Shown: positions 29,897 through 39,694, counted from the first letter of the stretch. The stretch is 64,000 nt of DNA from an uncultured Methylomirabilota bacterium (GCA_963705305.1 OY970067.1:864001-928000), one strand, 5' to 3'. Made by a program: numbers and translations. Notes: generated from the sequence alone by a model not told the origin.

Positions 29897-30787
29897 ATGC
29901 CGTTTCGTGCCGATCCGACCAAGGAATATTACAGCATCTTGGGACTCAAGGACGACGCGTCCCTTGACGAGATCCGGAAGGCCTATCGCAAGCTGGCGCT
30001 GCATTATCACCCCGACCGGAACCGGGGCGATGCCGGGGCCGAAGAGCGCTTCAAGGCTATCAGCGAGGCGTACGGCGTTCTGACCGATCCCGAGAAGCGC
30101 CGCCTGTACGACCTCTCCCGCTCCGCCGGGGCGTCGAGCGCCGGCGCCGGATGGGCCGGTTCGGGCACCTACTCCAGCCAGGAGGACATCCTGCGGGATC
30201 TGCTGCGCAACCAGGATGCCGCCGCGATCTTCCAGGAGCTGACGCGGGAGTTCCAGCGGATGGGGTTCCGCTTCGATGACGGCTTCGTCCGGCACGTCTT
30301 CTTCGGAGGACGCGGCGTCGCGTTCGGCGGGGTCTTCTTCGGAGGCCCCTTCACGTGGGGACGCGCGCGCGACCTCCAGGGATTCGGCGGCCGCGGGCGG
30401 CACATCGGGGGTTGGGGCCCGCAGCGGGAGCGCCGTCGCGAGGCCGAGGTCTCGACCCCCCGCCAGGCGCCGCGCCTGTTCTCCGGCCTGGGGGGCGCCC
30501 TGCGGGGGGTCGTCCGCGGCCTCGGGCGGGTGGCCCGCCTGGCCCTGGGGACCGGCCAGCCGGAAAGGGAGGACCTCGTCCAGGACTTCGACATCACCCC
30601 GGAAGAGGCCCGCCTGGGCGCCAAGCGGCACGTCCGGCTGTCCCGGGGCGTGGAGACGGAGGAGATCGTCGTGACGATCCCCCCAGGGGTGAAGCCGGGC
30701 ACCCGCCTGCGCCTGCGGGGCAAGGGTCGTGTCGGCAAGGACGGTGTCCCGGGGGACCTGTATCTGCGCGTGCACTACCCGCAGTGA
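29897..30787 (+). CDS. J-domain protein (DnaJ/CbpA-like, no zinc finger)
   Basis: YYSILG...YHPDRN...ISEAY; C-terminal IPPGV...LRLRGKG...GDLY. Confidence 0.9.
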   Translation: MPFRADPTKEYYSILGLKDDASLDEIRKAYRKLALHYHPDRNRGDAGAEERFKAISEAYGVLTDPEKRRLYDLSRSAGASSAGAGWAGSGTYSSQEDILRDLLRNQDAAAIFQELTREFQRMGFRFDDGFVRHVFFGGRGVAFGGVFFGGPFTWGRARDLQGFGGRGRHIGGWGPQRERRREAEVSTPRQAPRLFSGLGGALRGVVRGLGRVARLALGTGQPEREDLVQDFDITPEEARLGAKRHVRLSRGVETEEIVVTIPPGVKPGTRLRLRGKGRVGKDGVPGDLYLRVHYPQ

Positions 30788-30930
30788 CGTTGGGTCATTC
30801 GACCTCCCCGCTTTGTTCTGCCCGTCGGGATTTGCCCGCGTCACCCGAAGATTGTCGACGCTTTCATCTCATCGCGGGATGCGCTGCCTGCTGAACAGAC
30901 CTTACCGAGCCTCCTGGGCGGGGGATTCGG

Positions 30931-33003
30931 ATGCCTCCTGAGGCCCTCAGAACAGTCTGCCCTCACGACTGCCCGGACACCTGCAGCATCCTGGTCACGG
31001 TCGAGGACGGCCGGGTCGCCAGCTGCGAGGGCGACCCGCAGCACCCCTTCACGCAGGGGTTTCTCTGCCACAAGGTTCACCGCTATCCCGAGCGGCTCTA
31101 CGCCCCCCTCCGGGTCCTCCATCCCATGCGGCGGGTGGGCCGGAAGGGCGAGGGGCGCTTCCAGCCCATCTCGTGGGAGGAGGCCCTGGGCGAGGTCGCC
31201 GATCGCCTGCAGGCGATCGCGGGCGACTGCGGTGCCGAGGCCATCCTCCCCTTCTCGTACGGGGGAACCTTGGGGCTGGTCCAGCGCAAGGCCGGACACG
31301 CCTTCTTCCACCGGCTGGGTGCCACGCGCCTGAAGCGCAACATCTGCGACACCGCGGCCGAGGAGGCGTGGCTGGCCACCTACGGCGCGTGCGTGGGAAC
31401 CGACATGGAGGGAATCCGGAACTCGGATCTCCTGGTCCTGTGGGGCATCAACGCCGTCCACACCAACATCCACGGCATGCGGTTTGTCACCCAGGCGCGC
31501 CGGGAGGGCGCGCGGCTGGTGGTCATCGACCCGTACCGCACCCGGACCGCCAAGCTGGCGGATGTCCACCTCATGCCGCGGCCGGGGACGGACGCGGCCC
31601 TAGCCCTCTCCGTGGGCCACGTCCTGATCCGGGAGGGCTTGCTGGACTGGGCCTACATCGAGCGGCACACGTCCGGCTTCGAGGCCTACCGGGCGGAGGC
31701 CGAGAAGTTCCCGCCGCAGCGCGCCGCCGCCATCACCGGCATTCCCGCCGAGGCCATCGAGGCCTTCGCCCGGGCCTACGGCCGGGCGCGGGCGCCCTTC
31801 ATCCGCCTGGGCAACAGCCTCCAGCGCCACAGCAACGGCGGTCAGGCCGTCCGGGCCATCGCCTGCCTTCCCGGCCTGGTGGGCGCCTTCGCCCGGCCGG
31901 GGGGCGGGGCCCTCTGGGAGACCTTCGGCGCCTTCCACACCAACTTCGCCGCCATCGAAGGGCAGGAGTTGCAACCCCACCGTACGCGCGAGGTCAACAT
32001 GGTCCGGCTGGGCAACGCCCTGTGCTGCCTGGACCATCCGCCCATCCGGGCCCTCTTCGTCTACCAGGCCAACCCGGCCGCCAACATCCCGGATCAGCGC
32101 CAGGTACGCGCCGGGCTCGTCCGGGAGGACCTCTTCACCGTCGTCCACGAGCAGTTCTTCACCGACACCGCCGATTTCGCCGACATCCTGCTGCCGGCCA
32201 CGACCAGCTTCGAGCATACCGACCTGTATCGCAGCTATGGGCACTACTACCTCCAGCTCGCCCGGCCCGTCATTCCTCCGGCGGGCGAGGCCCGGTCCAA
32301 CCTGGAGCTGTTCCAGGCCCTGGCCGCGCGCCTGGGCTTTGCCGAGCCGATCTTCCGGAAGACGGTCGAGGAGTTGATCCGGGACCTCCTGGCGGTGCAG
32401 CATTCGGATGTGGACGGCCTGTCGTTCGAGCGCTTGGCCTCCGGCCGGCCCGTCCGGGTGAACATTCCTCGCACCGGCAATCCCTTCGGCGACGGCTTCC
32501 CGACGCCTTCGGGACGCCTGGAGCTCTTCTCGCAGCGCCTGGCGGCCAGGGGCCTGCCCCCCGTCCCGTCCTACGTGCCGGCGGCCGAAGGGCACGAGCA
32601 TGCCACGCCGGAATTTCCCCTGCAGTTGATGACACCCCCCTCCAAGGATTTCCTCAACACCAGCTTCGGGGGGGTCGAGGGCCTGCGGCGCGCCGAGGGG
32701 AAGCCCCGCCTGAAGATCAACCCGGCCGACGCCGGCCCGCGCGAAATCGGCGACAACGCGCTCGTCCGGGTGTACAATCCCCGCGGCGAATGCCGTCTTT
32801 ACGCGGAGGTGACCGACGACGTGCCCCCGGGCGTCCTGGTGGCCGAGTCGATCTGGTGGGCCAAGCATCATCCGGGAGGTAACGGCATCAATCAGCTCAC
32901 CTCCCAACGATTGACCGATCTGGGCGAGTGCAGCACCATCCACGAGAATCTGGTCAACGTCGCCCTCGCCGGCCCCGACCCGGATGCGGCAGGGGCCGCC
33001 TGA
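30931..33003 (+). CDS. Molybdopterin-dependent oxidoreductase (DMSO reductase superfamily), single subunit
   Basis: CPHDCPDTC...LC Fe-S motif, ISWEEAL, PGTDAALA, TDTADFADILLPA. Confidence 0.92.
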   Translation: MPPEALRTVCPHDCPDTCSILVTVEDGRVASCEGDPQHPFTQGFLCHKVHRYPERLYAPLRVLHPMRRVGRKGEGRFQPISWEEALGEVADRLQAIAGDCGAEAILPFSYGGTLGLVQRKAGHAFFHRLGATRLKRNICDTAAEEAWLATYGACVGTDMEGIRNSDLLVLWGINAVHTNIHGMRFVTQARREGARLVVIDPYRTRTAKLADVHLMPRPGTDAALALSVGHVLIREGLLDWAYIERHTSGFEAYRAEAEKFPPQRAAAITGIPAEAIEAFARAYGRARAPFIRLGNSLQRHSNGGQAVRAIACLPGLVGAFARPGGGALWETFGAFHTNFAAIEGQELQPHRTREVNMVRLGNALCCLDHPPIRALFVYQANPAANIPDQRQVRAGLVREDLFTVVHEQFFTDTADFADILLPATTSFEHTDLYRSYGHYYLQLARPVIPPAGEARSNLELFQALAARLGFAEPIFRKTVEELIRDLLAVQHSDVDGLSFERLASGRPVRVNIPRTGNPFGDGFPTPSGRLELFSQRLAARGLPPVPSYVPAAEGHEHATPEFPLQLMTPPSKDFLNTSFGGVEGLRRAEGKPRLKINPADAGPREIGDNALVRVYNPRGECRLYAEVTDDVPPGVLVAESIWWAKHHPGGNGINQLTSQRLTDLGECSTIHENLVNVALAGPDPDAAGAA

Positions 33004-33026
33004 CGCCGCCATCCGGAGCGCTTATC

Positions 33027-33740
33027 ATGATCGAAGAGCGGCTCAGCATTCCGGTGGATGCCGTCGCGCTGGCGGCGGTCCTGCATCTCCCCGCCTCCGG
33101 CCGGGGCCCCTGGCCGTGCGTGATCACCGCGCATGGTCTCCTGAGCTCCAAGGACAGCGACAAGTACCTGCTCATCGCGGCGGAGTTCACGCGGGCGGGC
33201 GTCGCCGTTTGCCGATTCGACTTCCGCGGCTGCGGGGACAGCGGGGGGAGCCTGCTGGAGACTACGGTCGCGCAGTGGGTGGCCGACCTGCGCGCCGTCC
33301 TGGACTGGGCGCGGAAGCACCCCGCCCTGAACGGACGCCTGGGGCTTCTGGGAAGCAGCATGGGCGGCTTTATCTCGCTGTGCCTCGCCCACGAGGAGCC
33401 GGACGTCCGGGCGGTCGCCGTCTGGGCCGCGCCGGCGGACCTGGACGATCTGGGCGTCGGACCCGAGGCGGTCGCCGAATATGGCCTGGGGGCGCCCTTC
33501 GTGGCCGACCTCCAGGCCGGACGGTACCTCCGGGTGCCGCGGGGCACGCGCGCGTGCCTGTTCATCCACGGAGACCAGGACGACGTGGTGCCCGTGGAGC
33601 ACGCGCGGCGCCTGCACAGGGCGGCCCGTGAGCCGAAGCGGCTGGTGATTATCCCCGGCGGCGATCACTCGCTCACGGACACGACGCACCGCCGGGAGGC
33701 GGTCCGCCTGAGCTTGGAGTGGATGCAGCGATTCCTCTAG
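33027..33740 (+). CDS. Alpha/beta hydrolase
   Basis: AHG, FDFRGCGDS, GSSMGG nucleophile elbow, HGDQD, GDH. Confidence 0.9.
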   Translation: MIEERLSIPVDAVALAAVLHLPASGRGPWPCVITAHGLLSSKDSDKYLLIAAEFTRAGVAVCRFDFRGCGDSGGSLLETTVAQWVADLRAVLDWARKHPALNGRLGLLGSSMGGFISLCLAHEEPDVRAVAVWAAPADLDDLGVGPEAVAEYGLGAPFVADLQAGRYLRVPRGTRACLFIHGDQDDVVPVEHARRLHRAAREPKRLVIIPGGDHSLTDTTHRREAVRLSLEWMQRFL

Positions 33741-33912
33741 CAGGCTGCTGAAAAAGGCCCATCTGCCGCGTTGGCGCACTCTCGCGACGCTGCGACGTAC
33801 CCGTAAGTACGCCTCGCGTCTGCACCCATCCTGCGGATGGGTACCCGGCGCGCCGCCTTGCATCTGGACCTTTTTGAGCAGCCTGGGGGAAAGCGGATTT
33901 TTCAGTATCCTG
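33741..33912 (+). mobile_element. MITE copy 2 with CTAG target duplication
   Basis: CTAG|CAGGCTGCTGAAAAA...TTTTTCAGTATCCTG|CTAG; an inner second end TTTTTGAGCAGCCTG is also present. Confidence 0.85.
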
Positions 33913-34198
33913 CTAGGCCACTCGGGGAGCCTCCGGAGATGCCCCGAGGCAGCCGGCCGTGCGGTGGGCCGGTGGTCCGGTCGCCGTCGGGGGCACCCGG
34001 CCCGCAGCCGTGTCCATCCAGATCGCTGGCTGGATCCTTTGGCGAACCGGCGGCGTGGAGGAGTTTCGTCCCACGCGGGGCGGCGACCCGGAGCGAGAGG
34101 CCCCAGGCCAGCAAAGCTGGCCTGCCGTCGCGGCCGGGCGCCCGAAGAGGCAGCTCTGGAGACTCCCCGCCGCCCGCGAGGAGCGTCGAACTGCTGTC

Positions 34199-36913
34199 AT
34201 GAATCTCTTCCAGCGCTTTGAAGAGACGGCCGCACGGCGGCCCGACCGGATGGCCCTCCAGATCAAGGAGGGGCGGGCCTACCGCGGGCTGACCTTCCTC
34301 GAGATCGGCCGGCAGGTGCGGCGGCTGGCCGCCGTCTTGATCCGCCACGGGACGGCCCCCGGCGACCGGGTGGCCCTGGTCAGCGAGAACCGACCCGAGT
34401 GGGCCGTGGCCTACCTTGCCATCACGGCGGCCGGCGCGGCAGCGGTTCCACTGGACACCCAGATGAGCGACGCGGAGGCGGTGAACGTCCTGCGGCATGC
34501 GGAGTGCCGGGTGGCGATCGCCTCCGGCGCGCAGACGCCGCGCCTGGTGGCCGTCGGACGCAGCGGCGCACCGCTTGGTCGAGTGGTCGACCTGGACGCG
34601 GAGTCGGCCTTCGATGACCGGGTGCTGCCGGGCCGCGCCATCCTGATGCACGGCGACGATGCAGTGGCGGCGCTGCCCGCAGTGGATGAGGACGCCCTGG
34701 CCTCCATCCTGTATACCTCCGGGACCACCGGCAACCCCAAGGGGGTGATGCTGACCCACGGGAACTTCCTGGCCAATGTCGAGAGCATCCTTCGCTTCGG
34801 CCTGGTTCGCCCCGAGGATAACCTGCTGGCGCTGCTTCCCCTGCACCACGCGTTCGCATTCATGGTCCAGCTTGTCGTCCTCTGCTCGGGGGCCCAGATC
34901 ACCTTCCCGCCCTCTCTGCGCGGGCCCGACCTTCTCGCGTGCATGGAGGAGACGGGGGTGTCGCTTCTGGTCGGCGTCCCCCAGCTCTTCTACATGCTGC
35001 ACAAATCCATCTTCGACCAGCTCCAGAGCCGGCCGCTCTTGGTCCGGGCGCTGTTCCGGTCCCTGCTGCGGCTGGCGGGGGCGCTCCATTCCCGGGGTGT
35101 CAACCTGGGCCGGACAGTATTCTCGAGCCTCCACCGCCGCTTCGGAGGCCATATCCGCCTCATGGTGAGCGGCGGCGCGCGGCTGGACCCCCTCATTGCC
35201 CGCGATTTCCTGGCTCTGGGCTTCACATTCACCGAGGGCTACGGGCTGACGGAGGCGGCGCCGGTGGTTTGCTTCAATCCCCTGGATGACTTCCGCCCGG
35301 GCTCGGTGGGCGTGCCCTTGCCCGACGTGGAGATCCGGATCCTCGACCGGGGCCCGGACGGGGCGGGCGAGGTCGTCATCCGCGGCGCCAACATCACCCC
35401 CGGATACTTCCGAAATCCCGAGGCCACGGCCGAGGTTCTCCGGGACGGGTGGCTGCACTCGGGCGATCTCGGTTGGCTGGACGAAGACGGTTACCTGACT
35501 ATCACGGGGCGCGCCAAGGAGGTGATCGTCCTCAGCTCGGGGAAGAATATCTACCCCGAGGAGGTCGAGGAGCAGTACCTCAAAAGTCCGTACATCAAGG
35601 AGATCTGCCTCATCCCCCAGGCCACCGACCGGGGCGGGGCCGTCGTGGAGGGACTGCTGGCCTTGGTCCTGCCGGACCTGGACTACTTCCGGACCCAGGA
35701 CATGACCAACGTCTTCGAGACCATTCGCTGGGATATGGAGAACATCAGCCGGAATCTCCCCCCCTTCAAGCGGCCCACGAGCCTCCGCATCGTGAAGGAA
35801 AGCTTCCCCCGGACGCGATTGGGGAAAATCCAGCGCTATCTGGTGCAGCAGCAGGCCGTGGAAGAGGGCCGTGGGGAGACCGAGCCGCGCGATGTCTCGG
35901 CTCCCTCCGCAGAGGACCAGGCCCTCCTGGAGGACCCGGTGGCCCAGCGGATCCTCGTCTCCCTCCGGGAGACCGCCCAGGCACCCAGCCTGAGATTGGA
36001 CGACCACCTGGAGCTGGACCTGGGAATGGACTCGTTGGCGCGGGTGGAGATGCTCGTGGCCCTGGAAGGGATGTTCGGCGTGAAGATCCCGGATGAGGCC
36101 GCGGCCCAGTGCTTCACCGTCCGAGAAGTGATCCAGCGCGTGCGCTCCCTCCAGGGGGCGACACCCGCCCCCGCGACTGCCCCGCCGCGGAGGCAGGGCT
36201 GGGGCGAGATCCTGGCGGCCGATCCGCCGGCGGAGATCACGCGCAGGATCCAGGGCGGCGGGGGAATCTCCGCAGCCGTCGTGACGGCCGTGTCCCGAGG
36301 GTTGTCCGCCCTGATCTTCCGGACCCTGTATCGGCTGCGTGTCGAGGGTCGCGAGCACGTGCCTGCCGGCGGCCCGCTGGTCCTGGTGGCGAATCACTGC
36401 AGCTACTTCGACGCCTTCATTTTGGCCGCCGCGCTGCCGCAGCCGGCCGTCCGGCATCTCTTCTATCTCGGGTTCGAGTGGTTCTTCCGCAACCCGATCC
36501 TGGCCTGGTGGGGGCGCGGGGTCCGGGTGATCCCGGTGGACATGGACACCTACCTGGTCCGCGCCCTCCGGGCCGCCGCCTGCGTCCTGCGCCAGAAGAA
36601 CATTCTCTGCGTCTTTCCCGAGGGAGAGCGATCCGCCACCGGCGAGCTGCGTCCGTTTCGCAAGGGGACCGGCATTCTCGTCCGGGAGTTGCGGGCACCC
36701 ATCCTGCCCGCCTACATCTCCGGATCGTTCGACGCCTGGCCTCGCGGCCAGGCGCTTCCCCGCGTGCATCGTCTGCGCGTCCGCTTCGGGCCGGTGGCGG
36801 TGCCGGAAGAGCTCCTTGCGGGCGACGGGCCGCGCGGGGCAGACGAATACGAGACCGTTGTCTTGCGACTGCAGGAGCGGATGGCCGGGTTGCAGGACGC
36901 GGAGAGGGCTTGA
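34199..36913 (+). CDS. Long-chain acyl-CoA/AMP ligase - ACP - PlsC acyltransferase fusion
   Basis: YTSGTTGNPKG, EGYGLTE, SGDLG; LGMDSL (phosphopantetheine Ser); NHCSYFD and FPEG. Confidence 0.92.
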   Translation: MNLFQRFEETAARRPDRMALQIKEGRAYRGLTFLEIGRQVRRLAAVLIRHGTAPGDRVALVSENRPEWAVAYLAITAAGAAAVPLDTQMSDAEAVNVLRHAECRVAIASGAQTPRLVAVGRSGAPLGRVVDLDAESAFDDRVLPGRAILMHGDDAVAALPAVDEDALASILYTSGTTGNPKGVMLTHGNFLANVESILRFGLVRPEDNLLALLPLHHAFAFMVQLVVLCSGAQITFPPSLRGPDLLACMEETGVSLLVGVPQLFYMLHKSIFDQLQSRPLLVRALFRSLLRLAGALHSRGVNLGRTVFSSLHRRFGGHIRLMVSGGARLDPLIARDFLALGFTFTEGYGLTEAAPVVCFNPLDDFRPGSVGVPLPDVEIRILDRGPDGAGEVVIRGANITPGYFRNPEATAEVLRDGWLHSGDLGWLDEDGYLTITGRAKEVIVLSSGKNIYPEEVEEQYLKSPYIKEICLIPQATDRGGAVVEGLLALVLPDLDYFRTQDMTNVFETIRWDMENISRNLPPFKRPTSLRIVKESFPRTRLGKIQRYLVQQQAVEEGRGETEPRDVSAPSAEDQALLEDPVAQRILVSLRETAQAPSLRLDDHLELDLGMDSLARVEMLVALEGMFGVKIPDEAAAQCFTVREVIQRVRSLQGATPAPATAPPRRQGWGEILAADPPAEITRRIQGGGGISAAVVTAVSRGLSALIFRTLYRLRVEGREHVPAGGPLVLVANHCSYFDAFILAAALPQPAVRHLFYLGFEWFFRNPILAWWGRGVRVIPVDMDTYLVRALRAAACVLRQKNILCVFPEGERSATGELRPFRKGTGILVRELRAPILPAYISGSFDAWPRGQALPRVHRLRVRFGPVAVPEELLAGDGPRGADEYETVVLRLQERMAGLQDAERA

Positions 36914-36924
36914 GAGCGGGGCGC

Positions 36925-36952
36925 TTGACTTCCGGCCTTCCGCTGGGATAAT
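36925..36952 (+). promoter_or_regulatory. Putative sigma70 promoter
   Basis: TTGACT-N16-GATAAT with extended -10 TG. Confidence 0.35.
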
Positions 36953-37091
36953 CGGCTGTGCCCGCAGGACAGCGTCGCATGAGCAAACGACGTCGTGAGA
37001 CGCGAGACGCCCCGATGATCCACTGTGAAGGTCCTGCGCCAGGATTGCCCGGACCGGGCGGTCCTGGCGGGACAGAGGAGGCTGCCCAAAC

Positions 37092-37763
37092 GTGAAAAAA
37101 GCCCTGCTATCCTGGAGCAGCGGGAAGGACAGCGCCTGGGCGCTGCACCGGCTGCGGGCTCCGGACCTCGAGGTGGTCGGCCTGCTCACCACGCTCAACC
37201 AGGCCTTCGACCGGGTGGCCATGCACGCGGTGCGTCGCAGCCTCCTCGAGGCCCAGGCCGACGCCCTCGCTCTTCCGCTGTGGGCCGTCCCGCTGCCCTG
37301 GCCCTGCTCCAACAGCGAGTACGAGGCCATCATGGAGCGGGTTTGCCGCCGCGCCGTCGGCCAGGGAATCGAGTTCGTGATCTTCGGAGACCTCTACCTC
37401 GCCGATGTGCGCGCCTACCGAGAGCGACAGCTCGAGGGCACCGGCCTGACCCCCCTCTTCCCCCTCTGGGGCATCCCGACCGCGGAGCTCGCGCGGGAAA
37501 TGGTGGCGGGGGGCCTCAAAGCCAAGATCACCTGTCTCGATCCCAAGGTCTTGCCCGCGAGCTTTGCCGGGCGGGACTTCGATGCGAAGCTGCTGGAGGA
37601 GCTGCCGGCGGGAGTGGATCCCTGCGGCGAGCAGGGGGAGTTTCACACCTTCGCCTACGGCGGGCCCATGTTTCGGAAATCCATCCCGGCCGTGAGCGGG
37701 CAGACGCTGGAGCGGGACGGGTTTGTGTTTGCCGATCTGATGCTGGAAGCTCCGCCATCCTGA
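37092..37763 (+). CDS. PP-loop ATP pyrophosphatase, Dph6/MJ0570-like
   Basis: SWSSGKDS, FGDLYL, PLW, DPCGEQGEFHTF. Confidence 0.9.
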   Translation: MKKALLSWSSGKDSAWALHRLRAPDLEVVGLLTTLNQAFDRVAMHAVRRSLLEAQADALALPLWAVPLPWPCSNSEYEAIMERVCRRAVGQGIEFVIFGDLYLADVRAYRERQLEGTGLTPLFPLWGIPTAELAREMVAGGLKAKITCLDPKVLPASFAGRDFDAKLLEELPAGVDPCGEQGEFHTFAYGGPMFRKSIPAVSGQTLERDGFVFADLMLEAPPS

Positions 37764-37772
37764 GGCGGGGAC

Positions 37773-38906
37773 TTACGGGGCGTAGGTCCGGGCCGTCTCG
37801 TACATGGCGCAGATGTTTTCCGGAGAGACGTTGGCCTGGATGTTGTGCACCGCACAGAGGACATAGCCACCGCCGGGACCTAGATCGTCGATCCGCTTCC
37901 GCACCTCGGCCGCGACCTCGCCGGGGGTGCCGAAGGGGAGGACCCGCTGCGTGTCGACGGCCCCCCAGAAGGCGAGGTCCTTGCCGAACTCCCGCTTCAG
38001 GCGCTTCGAATCCATCCCCCTGGCGGACACCTGGACCGGATTCAGGGCGTCCACCCCGATCTCAATGAGATCCGGGATGAGGTGCACCACGCTGCCGCAG
38101 GTGTGATACAGGATCTTGGCCGAGGTGCGCGACTTGACGGTGGCGAAGAGCCGCCGGTGGTGCGGCTTGATCATCTTGCGGTACAGCTCCATGGACATCA
38201 TGGGGCCGTCCTGGAAGGCCATATCGTCCCCATAGAAGCAGATGTCGGCGCGATCCCCCGCGGCCTCCAGCAGGTCGACGGCCATGGCGACCCAGAGGTC
38301 GGCCAGCTTTTCCATCAGCGCCTGGAAGAAAGCGGGATCGGCGATGAGGTCCGAAAACCAGTCCTCGAAGCCCCGCAGGAACTGCGCCTGGTGGACGATG
38401 CCGCCTGGCATGTTCAGGACCACCGCATAGTTCGTCTCGTCGTGCAGCCGCCGGGCCTCTTCGGCCAGGCCCCGGCAGCGGCCCGGATCGTGCGGATCCG
38501 GCCAGGGGTAGCGCTCCAGATCGGCCGGCGTCCGATCTCCCCGCAGCGGAGGACGGCTCAGATCGTAGTACAGGCTTCCGGGCGGGCGGCTGCGCACGAC
38601 CCCCCACTCGTCCTGGTAGGAGCCGTCGGGGAAGGTGATGTCCTGGGACCGGTCCGGCGCGCCCTGGCTAAGGCTTCGTGTGTCGATGTCGAAGCGGCGC
38701 AGCACCTCCTCGCCGGGATGGGCGATGTTGAGCCACTTGCTGAAGATCCGGGGGGGCGCATCGATCCCGAGGTGGCGATGCAAATTCTCGTAGGCCTCCA
38801 CCACCAGCGAGGTGCAGCGGGTGGCGCCCAGATCCAGGGGGACCCGGTCCGGCTCCTGGTGACTGAGGGCCCGCTGCACGCGCTCCCGGTGCGTCATGGT
38901 CGTCAT
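37773..38906 (-). CDS. URO-D/MtaA-CmuA superfamily protein
   Basis: EPDRVPLDLG, DEWG, GDD, LYHTCGS, LNPVQ, GGGYVLCAVHNIQ. Confidence 0.9.
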   Translation of the reverse strand: MTTMTHRERVQRALSHQEPDRVPLDLGATRCTSLVVEAYENLHRHLGIDAPPRIFSKWLNIAHPGEEVLRRFDIDTRSLSQGAPDRSQDITFPDGSYQDEWGVVRSRPPGSLYYDLSRPPLRGDRTPADLERYPWPDPHDPGRCRGLAEEARRLHDETNYAVVLNMPGGIVHQAQFLRGFEDWFSDLIADPAFFQALMEKLADLWVAMAVDLLEAAGDRADICFYGDDMAFQDGPMMSMELYRKMIKPHHRRLFATVKSRTSAKILYHTCGSVVHLIPDLIEIGVDALNPVQVSARGMDSKRLKREFGKDLAFWGAVDTQRVLPFGTPGEVAAEVRKRIDDLGPGGGYVLCAVHNIQANVSPENICAMYETARTYAP

Positions 38907-39038
38907 GGCTCCTCCCGCTCCGTGCTTGACGTGGGCTCACGTCAATGATACCGATTCCACGCCTCGGACGCCATCCCGGCAACCGAGGCGCGGCCGGCCG
39001 GTCCTGAGTGGCGGACAAGTGGGGCGACACGGGGGGCC

Positions 39039-39066
39039 TGTCATTCCGGCGAAAGCCGGAATCCAG
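39039..39066 (+). repeat. REP-like palindrome upstream of the GIY-YIG gene
   Basis: TGTCATTCCGGCGAAAGCCGGAATCCAG. Confidence 0.9.
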
Positions 39067-39093
39067 TGAAGTCCGAGTTCAGACCCTGAGGCT

Positions 39094-39387
39094 ATGCGAT
39101 TGAAGCAGCCTTGCGTGTACTTGCTCGCAAGCCGCCGAAACGGGACGCTATATGTCGGAGTCACCTCGGACTTGGTCAAGCGCGCATGGGAGCACAAAGA
39201 AAACCTTGCCGACGGATTCACCAGACGGTATGGAGTGCACATGTTGGTCTGGTATGAGCTGCATGAGTCCATGGAAGCGGCCATCCAGCGCGAGAAAGCG
39301 ATCAAGGAGTGGAAGCGACGCTGGAAGCTGGAGTCGATCGAGAAGACGAATCCGAGCTGGCGCGACTTGTACACAGACCTATTGTGA
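39094..39387 (+). CDS. Stand-alone GIY-YIG nuclease (UPF0213/YhbQ-like)
   Basis: CVYLLAS...TLYVGVTSDL..R..EH...FT.RY...LVWYE...AIQREK.IK.W.R.WK...NP.W.DL. Confidence 0.93.
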   Translation: MRLKQPCVYLLASRRNGTLYVGVTSDLVKRAWEHKENLADGFTRRYGVHMLVWYELHESMEAAIQREKAIKEWKRRWKLESIEKTNPSWRDLYTDLL

Positions 39388-39391
39388 GGGG

Positions 39392-39686
39392 CTGGATTCC
39401 GGCGTGCACCGGAATGACGGAGGGGAAGGGCTGGCGTGCTGGGCCTTGTCGTCACCCCGGCCCCGGTCCTCATCGGGGGAAATTCCAGCCGCGGTCCAGA
39501 CGGCCTTTCGTCACCCCGGCGGACGCCGGGGTCCAGGATCGGGGCTCAACCGGATTCCGGCTTTCGCCGGAATGACAAGGGGGGACTCTGGATGCCGGCA
39601 TCCGCCGGCATGACGGAGATACGGCAGGATTCTCGGTGAGGGGAGATGGCGGAGGGGGGCTCTGGATATCGGCGAACGCCGGAATG
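39392..39686. repeat. Cluster of six REP-like palindromes downstream of the GIY-YIG gene
   Basis: Units at 39392-39419(-), 39450-39499(+, long-loop variant), 39509-39536(+), 39550-39577(-), 39588-39615(-), 39662-39686(-, degenerate). Confidence 0.88.
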
Positions 39687-39694
39687 GAGGAGTC

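Noticed and set aside
30931..33003. Selenocysteine-containing formate dehydrogenase
   Set aside because: No in-frame TGA, the putative Mo ligand is Cys (NICD), and there are no FDH partner subunits.
33902..37333. 1143-aa minus-strand ORF and other long antisense ORFs (198..2342, 1975..3429, 40047..41840, 43975..45873, 48880..50508)
   Set aside because: Shadow ORFs opposite well-supported genes, expected at high GC; no recognisable motifs.
39392..39686. Possible CRISPR array next to a nuclease
   Set aside because: Units alternate in orientation, spacers are short and irregular, and no cas genes are present; it fits REP-type repeats.
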